Position numbers and translations under genes: made by a program. A stretch of DNA of 64,000 nt, taken from assembly GCA_963767925.1 (NCBI GenBank), contig CAVYGB010000008.1, positions 2,496,001 to 2,560,000 of the forward strand. Direction: 5' to 3'. Within the stretch, counting starts at the first letter, position 1; the number at the start of each line of letters is the position of its first letter. The notes below the pieces were generated by a model. It made no database searches and was not told the origin of the DNA. It worked only from the letters and a program-made list of their open reading frames with translations. The stretch is from an uncultured delta proteobacterium. Its GTDB lineage: Bacteria; Myxococcota_A; Polyangia; Fen-1088. Of the stretch, positions 44,332 through 53,840 are shown one piece after another.

Positions 44332-44664
44332 ATGTCGGTTGACAACTTGGATCTGGGACGGGATGGGCTTCCCATCGCGCTGTCGGTGGCGGGGACATCG
44401 ATCGGGGGCGCCAGCGCCGTCGCGGACGACATCGAGGGGGGACTGCGCTTCGAGGGGCTGGACGTGCTGGCCCGGGTCTTCTTCGCCGAGCGGGTGGGAC
44501 CGGGCGGACCGGGCGACGACATCACGGTCCAGGACGTCTGCGTCCGGGACCACAACCAGCACCGCACCATGCGAGCGCTCGAGGCCCGCGTGCGGCACTT
44601 TTCCGCGGGCACGGGCGATCTCGAGCTGGCCGCCGTCTTCGTGGACGCCCGCGAGCCACGCTGA
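44332..44664 (+). CDS. Hypothetical protein
   Basis: Purine-rich RBS, GC3-biased codons; no family recognised. Confidence 0.55.
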   Translation: MSVDNLDLGRDGLPIALSVAGTSIGGASAVADDIEGGLRFEGLDVLARVFFAERVGPGGPGDDITVQDVCVRDHNQHRTMRALEARVRHFSAGTGDLELAAVFVDAREPR

Positions 44665-44780
44665 GGCGGCCCTCCCGGTCATGGAAACGGTGCCATCCCG
44701 GCAGGCGGCTCGGGCACCGGGAACTCATGTAATCTGAAGCGCCCGTCGATGGTAACGGGCCGCAGCCGAAGGAGTGATCC

Positions 44781-45212
44781 ATGACGTGCGCGGACCGCTT
44801 GCCCATCGTTCTTGCCGCCCTGGCGTTGCCGCTGCTGGGGGCCGCCTGCGAGGGCGACTACGAACAGCCCGGACCGACGACAGCGGTGCTGAAGTTCTGC
44901 AACAACCGGCTGGGCGACGACAGCCGGCCGAGCGACATCACCCTCGAGGTCGGCTACCCGTCGGTCCGCCTCACCGCCCGCAGCGGGACCTGCGCGCCGG
45001 TTACCGGACAGGGGTGCCTGGCCATCCAGACCGGGGCGGCCGTCCCGGTGACGATGCGGGAGAATGGCCGCCAGCTCACCACCGAGCTGCTGGAGATCCG
45101 CAACGGCGATCAGTGGATCCTGGTGGCCTACCCCGAAGCGCCCATCCTCGACGGCGGTGAGCTGATCGAGGAGATGCCCTGCGCCGCCTTCGACTGGAAC
45201 AACCTGCAGTAG
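44781..45212 (+). CDS. Hypothetical lipoprotein
   Basis: AAGGAG RBS; LLGAAC lipobox; four further Cys residues. Confidence 0.7.
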   Translation: MTCADRLPIVLAALALPLLGAACEGDYEQPGPTTAVLKFCNNRLGDDSRPSDITLEVGYPSVRLTARSGTCAPVTGQGCLAIQTGAAVPVTMRENGRQLTTELLEIRNGDQWILVAYPEAPILDGGELIEEMPCAAFDWNNLQ

Positions 45213-45471
45213 CCTCCCGCCCGTCCCGGCGGCGCCCGACCTAACCTCCGGGCGACCTCGACTGTCTACTCCGGCGGGGTTGCTGCCGCGAGGCGTGAGC
45301 AGGTCGGGGTCGGGGTCGTGCGGGCATCCCGGCTGCTGGCGTGCGACGTGCTCTCTCCGCTTGCACCCGCCCGCCGTCGCCGGGATGCCCCACGACCTCG
45401 ACCCCGAGCGCGCCGGTCCCCGGGGGTGCGCTCGATTGGCACCGCCCGGGGGCGGGACACACCTTCCGCCC

Positions 45472-46371
45472 ATGGACAGAGCACAGGACGGCGACAAACC
45501 GACGGATCCTCGCGACCAGGGCAAGAAGCCGCCCTTTCCCGAGCAGGAGCAGCGCCACCCCGGCAGCGAGCAGCAGATGTCGCCCCGGCCGGACTTCGGC
45601 GAGACCAGCTACCGCGGCCTGGGCCGCCTGCGTGAGCGGACCGCCCTGATCACCGGCGGCGACAGCGGCATCGGCCGCGCGGTGGCCCTGGCCTTCGCCC
45701 GCGAGGGGGCCGACGTCGCCATCTCCTATCTGAGCGAGCACGAGGATGCCCGCGAGAGCCAGCGGGTCGTCGAGGCGGCCGGCCGCCGGGCGCTGCTGCT
45801 GCCGGGCGACATCGCCGACGACGCCCACTGCGCCCGCATCGCGCGCGAGGCCACCGCCAAGCTGGGGCACCTAGACATCCTCGTAAACAACGCCGCCTTC
45901 CAGGGCAAGGCGGTCGAACGCTTCGAGGAGATCGACGCCCAGCGGGTGTTTCAGACCCTGCTGGTCAACGTGGCGGCGATGTTCAACCTGACCCGGCACG
46001 CGCTGGCCCACATGAAGGCGGGCGCGACGATCATCAACGTGGCCTCCATCCAGGCCTACAAGCCCTCGCCACCCATCCTCGATTACGCCGCCACCAAGGG
46101 CGCCATCGTCACCTTCACCAAGGGGCTGGCCCAGCACCTCATCGAGCGGGGCATCCGGGTCAACTGCGTGGCGCCGGGCCCGGTCTGGACGCCGCTGGTC
46201 GTGCAGTCCTTCGACGCCGAGAAGAACGCCCGCTTCGGCCAGGACGCCCCCATGGAGCGCCCGGCCCAGCCGGTCGAGCTGGCCCCCGCCTTCGTCTTCC
46301 TCGCCAGCGACGAGAGCCGCTACGTCAACGGCGAGGTCCTCGGCGTCACCGGCGGCAAGCCCCTGGCCTGA
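45472..46371 (+). CDS. SDR oxidoreductase (YghA/general-stress type)
   Basis: PDFGETSYRG, TGGDSGIG, NNAA, YAATK, VAPGPVWTP. Confidence 0.93.
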   Translation: MDRAQDGDKPTDPRDQGKKPPFPEQEQRHPGSEQQMSPRPDFGETSYRGLGRLRERTALITGGDSGIGRAVALAFAREGADVAISYLSEHEDARESQRVVEAAGRRALLLPGDIADDAHCARIAREATAKLGHLDILVNNAAFQGKAVERFEEIDAQRVFQTLLVNVAAMFNLTRHALAHMKAGATIINVASIQAYKPSPPILDYAATKGAIVTFTKGLAQHLIERGIRVNCVAPGPVWTPLVVQSFDAEKNARFGQDAPMERPAQPVELAPAFVFLASDESRYVNGEVLGVTGGKPLA

Positions 46372-46393
46372 GGGGCGCCGCCGGGCACCGCGG

Positions 46394-47434
46394 TCAGGGG
46401 GTCAGCGCGAAGCAGTAGATGCCGCCCCAGCCGCCGCCCGAGCCGATGCTCTGGCCGTTGCCGGGACCGTTCTGGACCAGGTTCACGCCGGCGGCGCAGC
46501 TCCGGGTCGTGTGCACGGTGACCCAGCTCGCGCCGCTGCCGGCGGGCCAGCTATGGCCGAGCTGGATCGATCCGGTTCCGGCGGCGGCGGTCCAGTCCTG
46601 GCAGGTGTTCGCCCGGTTCATGCTGGCCAGCCGGCCCTGACGGTTGGACCCGGTGATGACGTCGTGGGTGTCGTTGGGCTGCGCGCTCGGTCGCCCCCGG
46701 CCCTTCTCGTCGGCGAGGTCGCTGACCGCCTGGGGATCGCCCATGGGTCGGTTGCCGGTGAGGAGGCCGGCCTTCGTCTTGGCGATGAGGCGGGCGTTGC
46801 GGTCGTACCAGGGGCCCTCGCCGATGCGGTCGATGGCGTGGACGGGCTGGCCCTGGGGGCCCTGCACGACGCTGAGGAAAGCCCGCCAGGTCTTGCTGCC
46901 GAAGCCCTCGCTCTCGGCGATGGTCTGGCAGATCTTGTCGGCCCCCTCGAGGCCGCTGGCGGTGCCGAAGGTGAGGTTGCCGCCGAAGCCGCTCTGGCTG
47001 CCGGAGAGCCGGCGCATGGCCGCCAGGCTCGTGTAAAAGAAGCTGAAGCGCTGATCGTTGCCGGGGCTGGCGTTGCCCGCGTCGCTGGTCGGTGGGGTGG
47101 CGCCGCCGGCGTCGCGCCGGCCGGCGTCGAGGGCCCGGGCCGCGTCAGGGGCCCGGGCCGCGTCGGGCCGACGGGCGTCGGGGGCCCGGCCGCCTGCCCC
47201 ACCCGCTCCACCCGCGCCGGCCTGACCGCCGCCGCCGCTGCCCGCGGTGCCGGCGCTGCCGCCCGAGCCCGCGGTCCCGGCGCCGCCGCCGCTGCCCGCG
47301 GTGCCCGAAGGACCGCCGGTGCCGGCGACCGAGCCGCCGGTGCCGGCCGGGCCCGGCTCCTCCGGCTCGGAGACGCAGGCGAGCGTGGCGATGAACGAGA
47401 GCGACAGGAGGACGCGGGCGGTTGCTTGGTTCAT
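46394..47434 (-). CDS. Lipoprotein with Gly-rich linker and C-terminal lectin/endostatin-like domain
   Basis: ATLAC lipobox; GTAGSGG repeats; GLEGADKICQ, WRAFLS, RIGEGPWY, TCQDWT, IYCFA. Confidence 0.75.
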   Translation of the reverse strand: MNQATARVLLSLSFIATLACVSEPEEPGPAGTGGSVAGTGGPSGTAGSGGGAGTAGSGGSAGTAGSGGGGQAGAGGAGGAGGRAPDARRPDAARAPDAARALDAGRRDAGGATPPTSDAGNASPGNDQRFSFFYTSLAAMRRLSGSQSGFGGNLTFGTASGLEGADKICQTIAESEGFGSKTWRAFLSVVQGPQGQPVHAIDRIGEGPWYDRNARLIAKTKAGLLTGNRPMGDPQAVSDLADEKGRGRPSAQPNDTHDVITGSNRQGRLASMNRANTCQDWTAAAGTGSIQLGHSWPAGSGASWVTVHTTRSCAAGVNLVQNGPGNGQSIGSGGGWGGIYCFALTP

Positions 47435-47764
47435 GGGTGCCTGACTTGCTGGATGTAGGCGGATGGGGGTGAGGTCGACATATTAGTGACTCCGAGGTGA
47501 CGAGATCGTCACGACTGTCGCCGCCGGCGCGCAGCGAGGCAGCATTTTCGGCGCCGGGCGGAGCAATGCTGTGTGTCGACAGCGGGGCGCGAGGCGCCCT
47601 TTTCGGGCTCGGGGCCTGCCTGCCTGCGGCGTTCGTGAGCAGATCGAGCAGGAAGGGCCAGCGACAGGTCGGCTGCTGGAGGAGGCTGTCACCAGATTGT
47701 CGTTTGCCCAGCTGCGGGCACCCGTTCGCAAGAACGCCTCCCCTCGCCTCCTTCAGGAGGGACC

Positions 47765-49741
47765 ATGCACCGGAAGTTGGCCGTCCTCGGTTTGCTCGCT
47801 CCGACTCTGTTCGCCACCGCCGTCCGTGCCGATTGCAACGATCCGTTCGGCAAGCCGGAGGAGGTGCTCGATTTCCACCTCAAGCTGTCGAGCGCCGACT
47901 GGGCCCGGCTGCTCGCCGAACGGGTGCGCAACCCCGACGGGTTCGGCGTCGACTCCGAGGCCTGCCGGGATGCCTTCACCGAGCTCAAGGCCGAGTTCCG
48001 CTGTGGCGGCGAGGGCCCCTGGCTCAAGGTCGCGGTCCGGCGCAAGAAGGGCGAGGAGCGCGGGGTGGAGGCCTTCGAGAAGCCGCCCCTCAAGATCGAC
48101 TTCAACGAGGACTTCATGGGCACCGTGCCCGAGGCCATGGGCCAGCGCTGGCCCGCCTCGATGGGCGACCTCGGCTACCGCAAGGTCACGCTCAACACCG
48201 GGCAGTCGAACAAGGCGCCTGACGGGCGCACCTCGGTTCTGCCGGTTCTGCACACCGAACACGTGGCGCTGCGGCTGCTCGGCAAGGACGTGCCGCTGAC
48301 CCCGGGCACGGCGTACGCCAAGGTCACCACCTACCTCGATGGCAGCGACCAGGGCATCTACCGCGGCGTGTACATCCTCATCGAGGACATCGACCGCACC
48401 GCCCTGCGGCGGCGCGGGCTGGTTGGCAGCGGGCGGCTGGAGAAGCAGTCCGCGGCCAACTGCCGGCCCGAGGCAGAGTTCGACGACGGTCCGCCCAACG
48501 AGGCCAAGGCGAGCTTCGACGCCTTCCTGACCAAGAACCCGACCCAGTTCGCGGGGCGCTGGCTGGCCGAGTCCCAGCGGGGGCTGGACGTCGACGTGGC
48601 CCTCCGGCAAGAGGCGATCCGGGAGATCCTGATCAACGGCAACGACACCCTCTTCAACTCGATCAACCCGCCGGCCTACCAGGCCGGGGGATCGCCGCCC
48701 GGGTGGGGCAACAACTGGGTCGCCTTCGATCCCCGCACGGGGGTCCGGCAGTTCGCGCCCTGGGACCTCGACCTGGCCTTCGGACAGCAGAACGGCTCGT
48801 GCAGCCCGCCGCTGCTGCCGGGTGGCACCGGCCTGCAGTGCCCGGCCACCGTGCCGCTGATGACCTGGTGCACGGGGCCCGCGCCCTACGCCCGCACCAT
48901 CGCGGCGCTCGGCCAGCGCCTGGCCTGCAACCCGGAGGTCAAGACCCGCTACCTCCAGGTGATGTGCCAGCTCACCAACGGGCCGCTGGCGGCCGACGAG
49001 ATCCTGAAGGTCTGGACCCAGGTGTACGAGACGCTGCGGCCGGTGATCCCGCTGGAGCGCGAGCGGACCTGGCGGGGCGTCGATCCCCTGGCGCCGCCGC
49101 CGAACGCCCAGATCAACGAGACCTTCGGGTCGGAGTACGAACGGCTGCGCCGCTGGATCCCGGATCGCATCCGGTTCGTGCAGCAGGAGATCGCCCGCCT
49201 CGGCGTGCCCTGCGCGGCCGGCTGCCCGGCCGGCGCGACCGACACCTGCAGCCACCTCGGCTGCCCCAGCCAGCGCCGCTGTGAAAACGGCCGCTGGACC
49301 GCCTGCCTCGCCACCACCGCCTGCAACGCCGCACCCCCGGTGGCGGTCGACGGCGGCGCGCCCGGCGTCCCGGTGGACGGCGGCCTGCCCGGCAGCGACG
49401 CGGGTCAGCCGCCTGCCGGTGGCACCGGCGGCGCGGGTGGCGCTCCTTCTATACCGGCCCCCACCGCGGGAGCGCCGGGGACCGCCGGGATGCCCGGAAC
49501 GGCGCCTGGCGCCGGTGGCGCCTCGGGGACGCCTCCCGGGACCGCTGGCGTGTCCGGCAACGGCGCGGGTGGCAGCGGCGGCGGCGCCGGCTTGCCGCCC
49601 ACCCCCGGTGGCGGCGGCCCCGAGGGCGGCTGTCAGTGCCAGATCGGGCTGCCAGGCGCGGGCGGCGGGGCACCCGGCGCAGCCGGCCTCTTCGGCCTCC
49701 TGCTGCTGGTCCTGCGGCGCTCGGCCCGCCGCCGGCGCTGA
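47765..49741 (+). CDS. CotH kinase-family protein with MYXO-CTERM-like sorting tail
   Basis: Signal peptide; LKIDFNE, YRGVYILIEDID, NNW, PWDLDLAFG; tail GGCQCQIG...GLFGLLLLVLRRSARRRR. Confidence 0.82.
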   Translation: MHRKLAVLGLLAPTLFATAVRADCNDPFGKPEEVLDFHLKLSSADWARLLAERVRNPDGFGVDSEACRDAFTELKAEFRCGGEGPWLKVAVRRKKGEERGVEAFEKPPLKIDFNEDFMGTVPEAMGQRWPASMGDLGYRKVTLNTGQSNKAPDGRTSVLPVLHTEHVALRLLGKDVPLTPGTAYAKVTTYLDGSDQGIYRGVYILIEDIDRTALRRRGLVGSGRLEKQSAANCRPEAEFDDGPPNEAKASFDAFLTKNPTQFAGRWLAESQRGLDVDVALRQEAIREILINGNDTLFNSINPPAYQAGGSPPGWGNNWVAFDPRTGVRQFAPWDLDLAFGQQNGSCSPPLLPGGTGLQCPATVPLMTWCTGPAPYARTIAALGQRLACNPEVKTRYLQVMCQLTNGPLAADEILKVWTQVYETLRPVIPLERERTWRGVDPLAPPPNAQINETFGSEYERLRRWIPDRIRFVQQEIARLGVPCAAGCPAGATDTCSHLGCPSQRRCENGRWTACLATTACNAAPPVAVDGGAPGVPVDGGLPGSDAGQPPAGGTGGAGGAPSIPAPTAGAPGTAGMPGTAPGAGGASGTPPGTAGVSGNGAGGSGGGAGLPPTPGGGGPEGGCQCQIGLPGAGGGAPGAAGLFGLLLLVLRRSARRRR

Positions 49742-49751
49742 TCGGGCGGGC

Positions 49752-50024
49752 TCAGGTCCCGCCGAAGCGGGCGGCCGAGCGGGCCTTGGCCCGGGCCGCC
49801 TCCACCGCCCGGTCGCGCGGAGGCGACGTGGTCACCAGGTCGTCGACAAGCTTCCGGGCCACGCGGGCCACGTCGTCGACTGCCTGCTGAAACAGCGCCT
49901 CGTTGGCCTTCGAGGGGGCGGTGAAGCCGCTCAGCTTGCGGATAAATTGCAGCGAGGCGGCCCGGATCTCCTCGTCCGTGGCGGGCGGCTCGAAGTTGAA
50001 CAGCGTCTTGATGCTGCGGCACAT
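49752..50024 (-). CDS. DUF2277 domain protein
   Basis: MCRSIKTLFNFEPPATDEEIRAASLQFIRKLSGF. Confidence 0.9.
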   Translation of the reverse strand: MCRSIKTLFNFEPPATDEEIRAASLQFIRKLSGFTAPSKANEALFQQAVDDVARVARKLVDDLVTTSPPRDRAVEAARAKARSAARFGGT

Positions 50025-50089
50025 GATGGCTGTCGCTGGTTCTGTCACGGCCGCCCGGCTGGTGCCAGAGGCGGCCGCGGCCACCGGGA

Positions 50090-51604
50090 TCAGGCCCGAA
50101 GGCCGGTGATGTCGCTGCTGATCTCGCCGAGCGCGGCGATCGACGGGCCGCCCACCGCCCGCATGGCCGACAGCGACACCGAGGCCGGGTGCTGGCCGGT
50201 CGCCACCAGGTGGCTGCCGAGCCTGAGGCCGAGGTTGCGCCCGCCCACCACCACCGCGGCCATCCCCTCGCTCGTGTGGGGCGGTCGCTCGCCGGCGACC
50301 TCGCCGCTCTCGAGCCGGGTGTTGCCCAGGCCCGCCTCCATGACGAACACGATGGCCGTGTTGTCGAGCATGCTGCCGCTGGCCTCGGGCGTGTCCTTGA
50401 GCTTCCGGGCCAGGCTGGCGACGTGTTTGACGTGCCAGCGGATGCACTCGGCCACCGAGAGGTTGTTGCCCTCGCCGTGGGTGGCCTCGTGCAGCGGCGG
50501 CGGGGCGAGCGCGCTGCCGTCCCAGTTGCGGTAGGTGATGCCGAGCGAGGTCGGCAGCACGATGCCCGACATGCTGGAGGTCAGCTCCAGCGAGACGACC
50601 CGGGTCAGATCGCAGGCGAAGGCCAGGTGGATGAGGTCGACGAAGCTGGCCGCCCGCAGGTCCTCGTTGGCGTACCCCTGGCTGGCGGCCGGGTCGGCTC
50701 CGGGACGCGGCGGGACGGCGCAGCTCCCGCCGACGGAGCCTCCACCCGGCGCGTTCAGCGTGCCTTCCAGGCGCTGCTCGAGGGTGAGGACGTTGTCGAG
50801 GTGCTGGTCGAGGCGCTGCCGGTCAGCCGCGCCCAGCTTCGGCTGCAGGCGGCCGTAGGCCCGGCGCACGCGGGCCAGGATGTCCTGCCGCCGGAGCAGC
50901 TCGGGATCGGGAGGGGGCGCTGGGCCGCCGGAGGTCGGCGGCGTGAAGCCGCTGAACAGCCGGTCGAACGCCACCCGGGGCGACACGACCGGATCGTTGT
51001 GCACCGTGTGCGGATCCCAGCGCTCGTCGCGGTCGGGCCGGGGACGGAAGGAGATGTTGTCGATGGCGTGGTTGGGCGTGTGCTCGGCCGACTGGACCCG
51101 GTAGACGAGCGAGGGGAAACGGGTGGCCGCGCCGATCCGCTCGGCCAGCAGCCAGTCGCAGGAGGGGCCGTAGGCGTAGCGCGAGTAGGCGTCGTCCAGC
51201 TCGGAGACCCCGGAGACGATGGGGCCCATGGTCTCGTAGTGAAAGCCGGTGCTGCCGTAGCGCCGCCCGTTGCCAGAGCCGGTGCGAGGGATGCGCAGGG
51301 CCGAGATGACGGTCGTGTCGGCCTTGAGGCCCTGGGCCTCGAGCGGCTCGAGGCCCACCTTGAAGGGCGCGCTGAAGGGACCGGCGGCGTCGGGGATGAC
51401 GAACTGGGGGGGCTTGCCGGTGCGGTCGTCGACCTCCTGGCCGACCGGGGGGATGCCGCAATAGACGAAGACGAAACGCCGGGGCCCCGCCGCCTGGGCG
51501 AAGCTCCGCTTGTCGAGCATCACCTCGAGCAGGGGCAGCGCCACCGCCGAGCCAAGGGCGCCCTTGAGCAGCGCCCGCCTATCGAGCGAAAACGACCTCG
51601 CCAT
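50090..51604 (-). CDS. DUF1552 domain protein with Tat signal (alternative start 51616)
   Basis: DRRALLKGA, ALPLLEVM, PRVAFDRLF, DRQRLDQHL, AFACDLTRVVS, HEATH, SMLDNT. Confidence 0.88.
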   Translation of the reverse strand: MARSFSLDRRALLKGALGSAVALPLLEVMLDKRSFAQAAGPRRFVFVYCGIPPVGQEVDDRTGKPPQFVIPDAAGPFSAPFKVGLEPLEAQGLKADTTVISALRIPRTGSGNGRRYGSTGFHYETMGPIVSGVSELDDAYSRYAYGPSCDWLLAERIGAATRFPSLVYRVQSAEHTPNHAIDNISFRPRPDRDERWDPHTVHNDPVVSPRVAFDRLFSGFTPPTSGGPAPPPDPELLRRQDILARVRRAYGRLQPKLGAADRQRLDQHLDNVLTLEQRLEGTLNAPGGGSVGGSCAVPPRPGADPAASQGYANEDLRAASFVDLIHLAFACDLTRVVSLELTSSMSGIVLPTSLGITYRNWDGSALAPPPLHEATHGEGNNLSVAECIRWHVKHVASLARKLKDTPEASGSMLDNTAIVFVMEAGLGNTRLESGEVAGERPPHTSEGMAAVVVGGRNLGLRLGSHLVATGQHPASVSLSAMRAVGGPSIAALGEISSDITGLRA

Positions 51605-51621
51605 CCTCCTCGCCATCCTCC

Positions 51622-53265
51622 TCATTCCTCGCGGTAGCGAAAGTTCTCGTGGCTGACGTAGGCCAGCAACATCGCCCGGAAGCTGTGGCCCGCCTGCTCC
51701 ATCTGCGCGCCCAGCCAGGCGGCCCGGGGCGCGTCGCTGTCGTCGAGCTGGCGGCCGGCCGCGAAGCGCATGAAATATTCGGCGACGCAGGGGGAAAAGC
51801 GGGGCGAGTCGGCCAGGAGGGTGGCCAGCTCGCGCGCGCCGGTGAAGGTGACGCCGCCGTCCAGGGTGCCGACCCCGTCGATGACACACTCGGGGTTGTC
51901 GGCGTCGTGGGTGCGGTAGCGGCCCAGCTCGTCGAAGTTCTCGAGCCCGAACCCGATGGGGTCCATGAGGGCGTGGCAGTCGGCGCAGCCGGGATCCTCG
52001 CGGTGCTGCCGGTAACGGTCGATCTTGCACGCGTCGGGCGACTCGGCCTCGGGGGGCAGGTCGACGTCCACCTCGACGCCGGCCGGAGGGAGCTGCACCG
52101 GCTGGCAGAGGAAGCGCTCGCGGATGAACTTGCCCCGCCGGGTGGGGCTGGTGTCGGTGAACTTGGAGCCGGCGGCGGCGAACAGCCCGTGCGCGAGGAT
52201 GCCCCGGCGGGGCGCCTCGCCGTAGTCGACCCAGCCGAACCCGGGGCCGGCCGCCGCGAGGTCGTAGTGCTCGGCCAGCTCGGCGTCGATCCGCGTGTCG
52301 TCGGCCAGCAGGAGGTGGCGGTGGTCGCGGGTCGCCTCGGTGGCCCGGTCGACCAGGGCGTCGGTCTCGGTGCGGAGCTTGCTCTGGATGGGGAGGCTGT
52401 CGAGGCGGGCGTAGCCGAGCCAGAAGGCGTGGAACCGCCGCACCTGCTGCTGGCCCTCCTCGCTGGCCAGCAAGCGTTCGGCCTGGCTCCGGCGGCCGGC
52501 CGCGCTGTCGAGGGCGCGGTCCTCGGCGGCGGCCAGCAGGGCGTCGTCCGGGGTCATGCCCTGCAGCAGGAACGACAGGCGGCTGGCCACCTCGTAGCCG
52601 CCGAGCTTGATCCGGCCGGGCGCCACCTCGGCCACCCCCGGCTCGACCCGGTAGATGAACTCCGGGTGCATGAGGAACAGGCGCAGCCCCATGGCGACCG
52701 CGTCGGCGAAGCGACCCGATGCGCGGGCGTAGGAGAGCAGCTCGAGGAAGTCGACCTTCTCCTCGGCGCCGACCGGCCGGCGCAGCGCCCGCTTGCCGAA
52801 CCCCTCGACGAAGCGACCGAAGCAGGCCTCGTCGGCGGCGCCGGCGGGTGTGCAGGGCAGCAGCCGCTGCAGGCGCTCGGGGGTGGCCACCGCCCAGGTC
52901 GCGATCTCCCCGGCGATCGACTCCATCGCCTCGACGAGGAGCAGCGAGGGCGACTGGCCGAGCACGTCGTTGTCGAAGGGGGTGAGCGTCTCGTCGGGCA
53001 GCAGCGCGGTGTCGACCGGGACGTCGGGGCCCAGCAGGCGCTGCAGGGAGCGGGCGACCTCCTCCCGGCTCAGCCGGCGCGCCCCCGGGCTGCGCAGCGG
53101 CGGCCCGGCCATGGTCTCGACCCTGCCGGGATCACCCGGATCCCCCGTCCCACCGGCGCCCTCCGGGTCGAGGATCTGACCGTTACAGCCGAGCGCCAGG
53201 CCGATGGCCGCGGCCAGGAACGACACCCGGAGGGTCTGCGCCCGTCTCGCTGTTGGCAATGGCAC
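51622..53265 (-). CDS. DUF1592/DUF1588 lipoprotein with heme c motif (start uncertain)
   Basis: GLALGC lipobox; RRLSREE, ASRLSFLL, RRGILAH, SPTRRGKF, CADCH, GLENFDELG. Confidence 0.9.
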   Translation of the reverse strand: MPLPTARRAQTLRVSFLAAAIGLALGCNGQILDPEGAGGTGDPGDPGRVETMAGPPLRSPGARRLSREEVARSLQRLLGPDVPVDTALLPDETLTPFDNDVLGQSPSLLLVEAMESIAGEIATWAVATPERLQRLLPCTPAGAADEACFGRFVEGFGKRALRRPVGAEEKVDFLELLSYARASGRFADAVAMGLRLFLMHPEFIYRVEPGVAEVAPGRIKLGGYEVASRLSFLLQGMTPDDALLAAAEDRALDSAAGRRSQAERLLASEEGQQQVRRFHAFWLGYARLDSLPIQSKLRTETDALVDRATEATRDHRHLLLADDTRIDAELAEHYDLAAAGPGFGWVDYGEAPRRGILAHGLFAAAGSKFTDTSPTRRGKFIRERFLCQPVQLPPAGVEVDVDLPPEAESPDACKIDRYRQHREDPGCADCHALMDPIGFGLENFDELGRYRTHDADNPECVIDGVGTLDGGVTFTGARELATLLADSPRFSPCVAEYFMRFAAGRQLDDSDAPRAAWLGAQMEQAGHSFRAMLLAYVSHENFRYREE

Positions 53266-53499
53266 CCGCTGGAGGTTCAACCGGTCCTGACTCCCATCGT
53301 CTGCTGGTCTGGAAACTTGAGCGCAACGGCGTCCGCTACCTACCGCTCCCGACCCCGATCGGCAGCCCTTACGGCGGCACTGCGCGGCGACGGCCGACCG
53401 CCGCAACGTCGGCTCGTCGCTCCGCATTTCCGCACCCGGGCGATCGCGTGTACGATGCCAGCGCCGAGCGGCGAATATGCCGCCCCGAGGAGGACGCAG

Positions 53500-53820
53500 A
53501 TGCGCACACCCTCATTCACGCACAGGTCCAGCATCGCCGCAATTGTCGCCGCCTGCGTCGTTGCCTGCGTCGTACCAAGCTACGCCGAGCCGAGGCGCGC
53601 CGCCGCTTCGACCGTCGAACCGGCCGCGCCCGCGCCGACGCCGGCGCCCCGGCCCACCCCGGGGACGCCCGACGAGGCGGCGCAGCTCGCCGAACGCGAG
53701 CGGCAAGCAGCAAACAAGCAGGATCAATCCCTTGCCGGGTTCGAGGCGGGGGCCCGCATCTCGGCGACAACCCTCATCATCGTCCTGCTGCTGGTCATCA
53801 TCCTCGTGCTCCTGCTCTGA
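53500..53820 (+). CDS. Small exported precursor-like protein with hydrophobic C-terminal core
   Basis: GAGGAGG RBS; signal peptide, Pro-rich linker, EAAQLAERERQ, SLAGFEAG, then ARISATTLIIVLLLVIILVLLL*. Confidence 0.75.
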   Translation: MRTPSFTHRSSIAAIVAACVVACVVPSYAEPRRAAASTVEPAAPAPTPAPRPTPGTPDEAAQLAERERQAANKQDQSLAGFEAGARISATTLIIVLLLVIILVLLL

Positions 53821-53840
53821 GCCTCGAGGGCCGGCGTGGC

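Noticed and set aside
47100..47350. Short tandem DNA repeats
   Set aside because: They encode the Gly-rich GTAGSGG and PDA linker of the lipoprotein; common low-complexity coding sequence.
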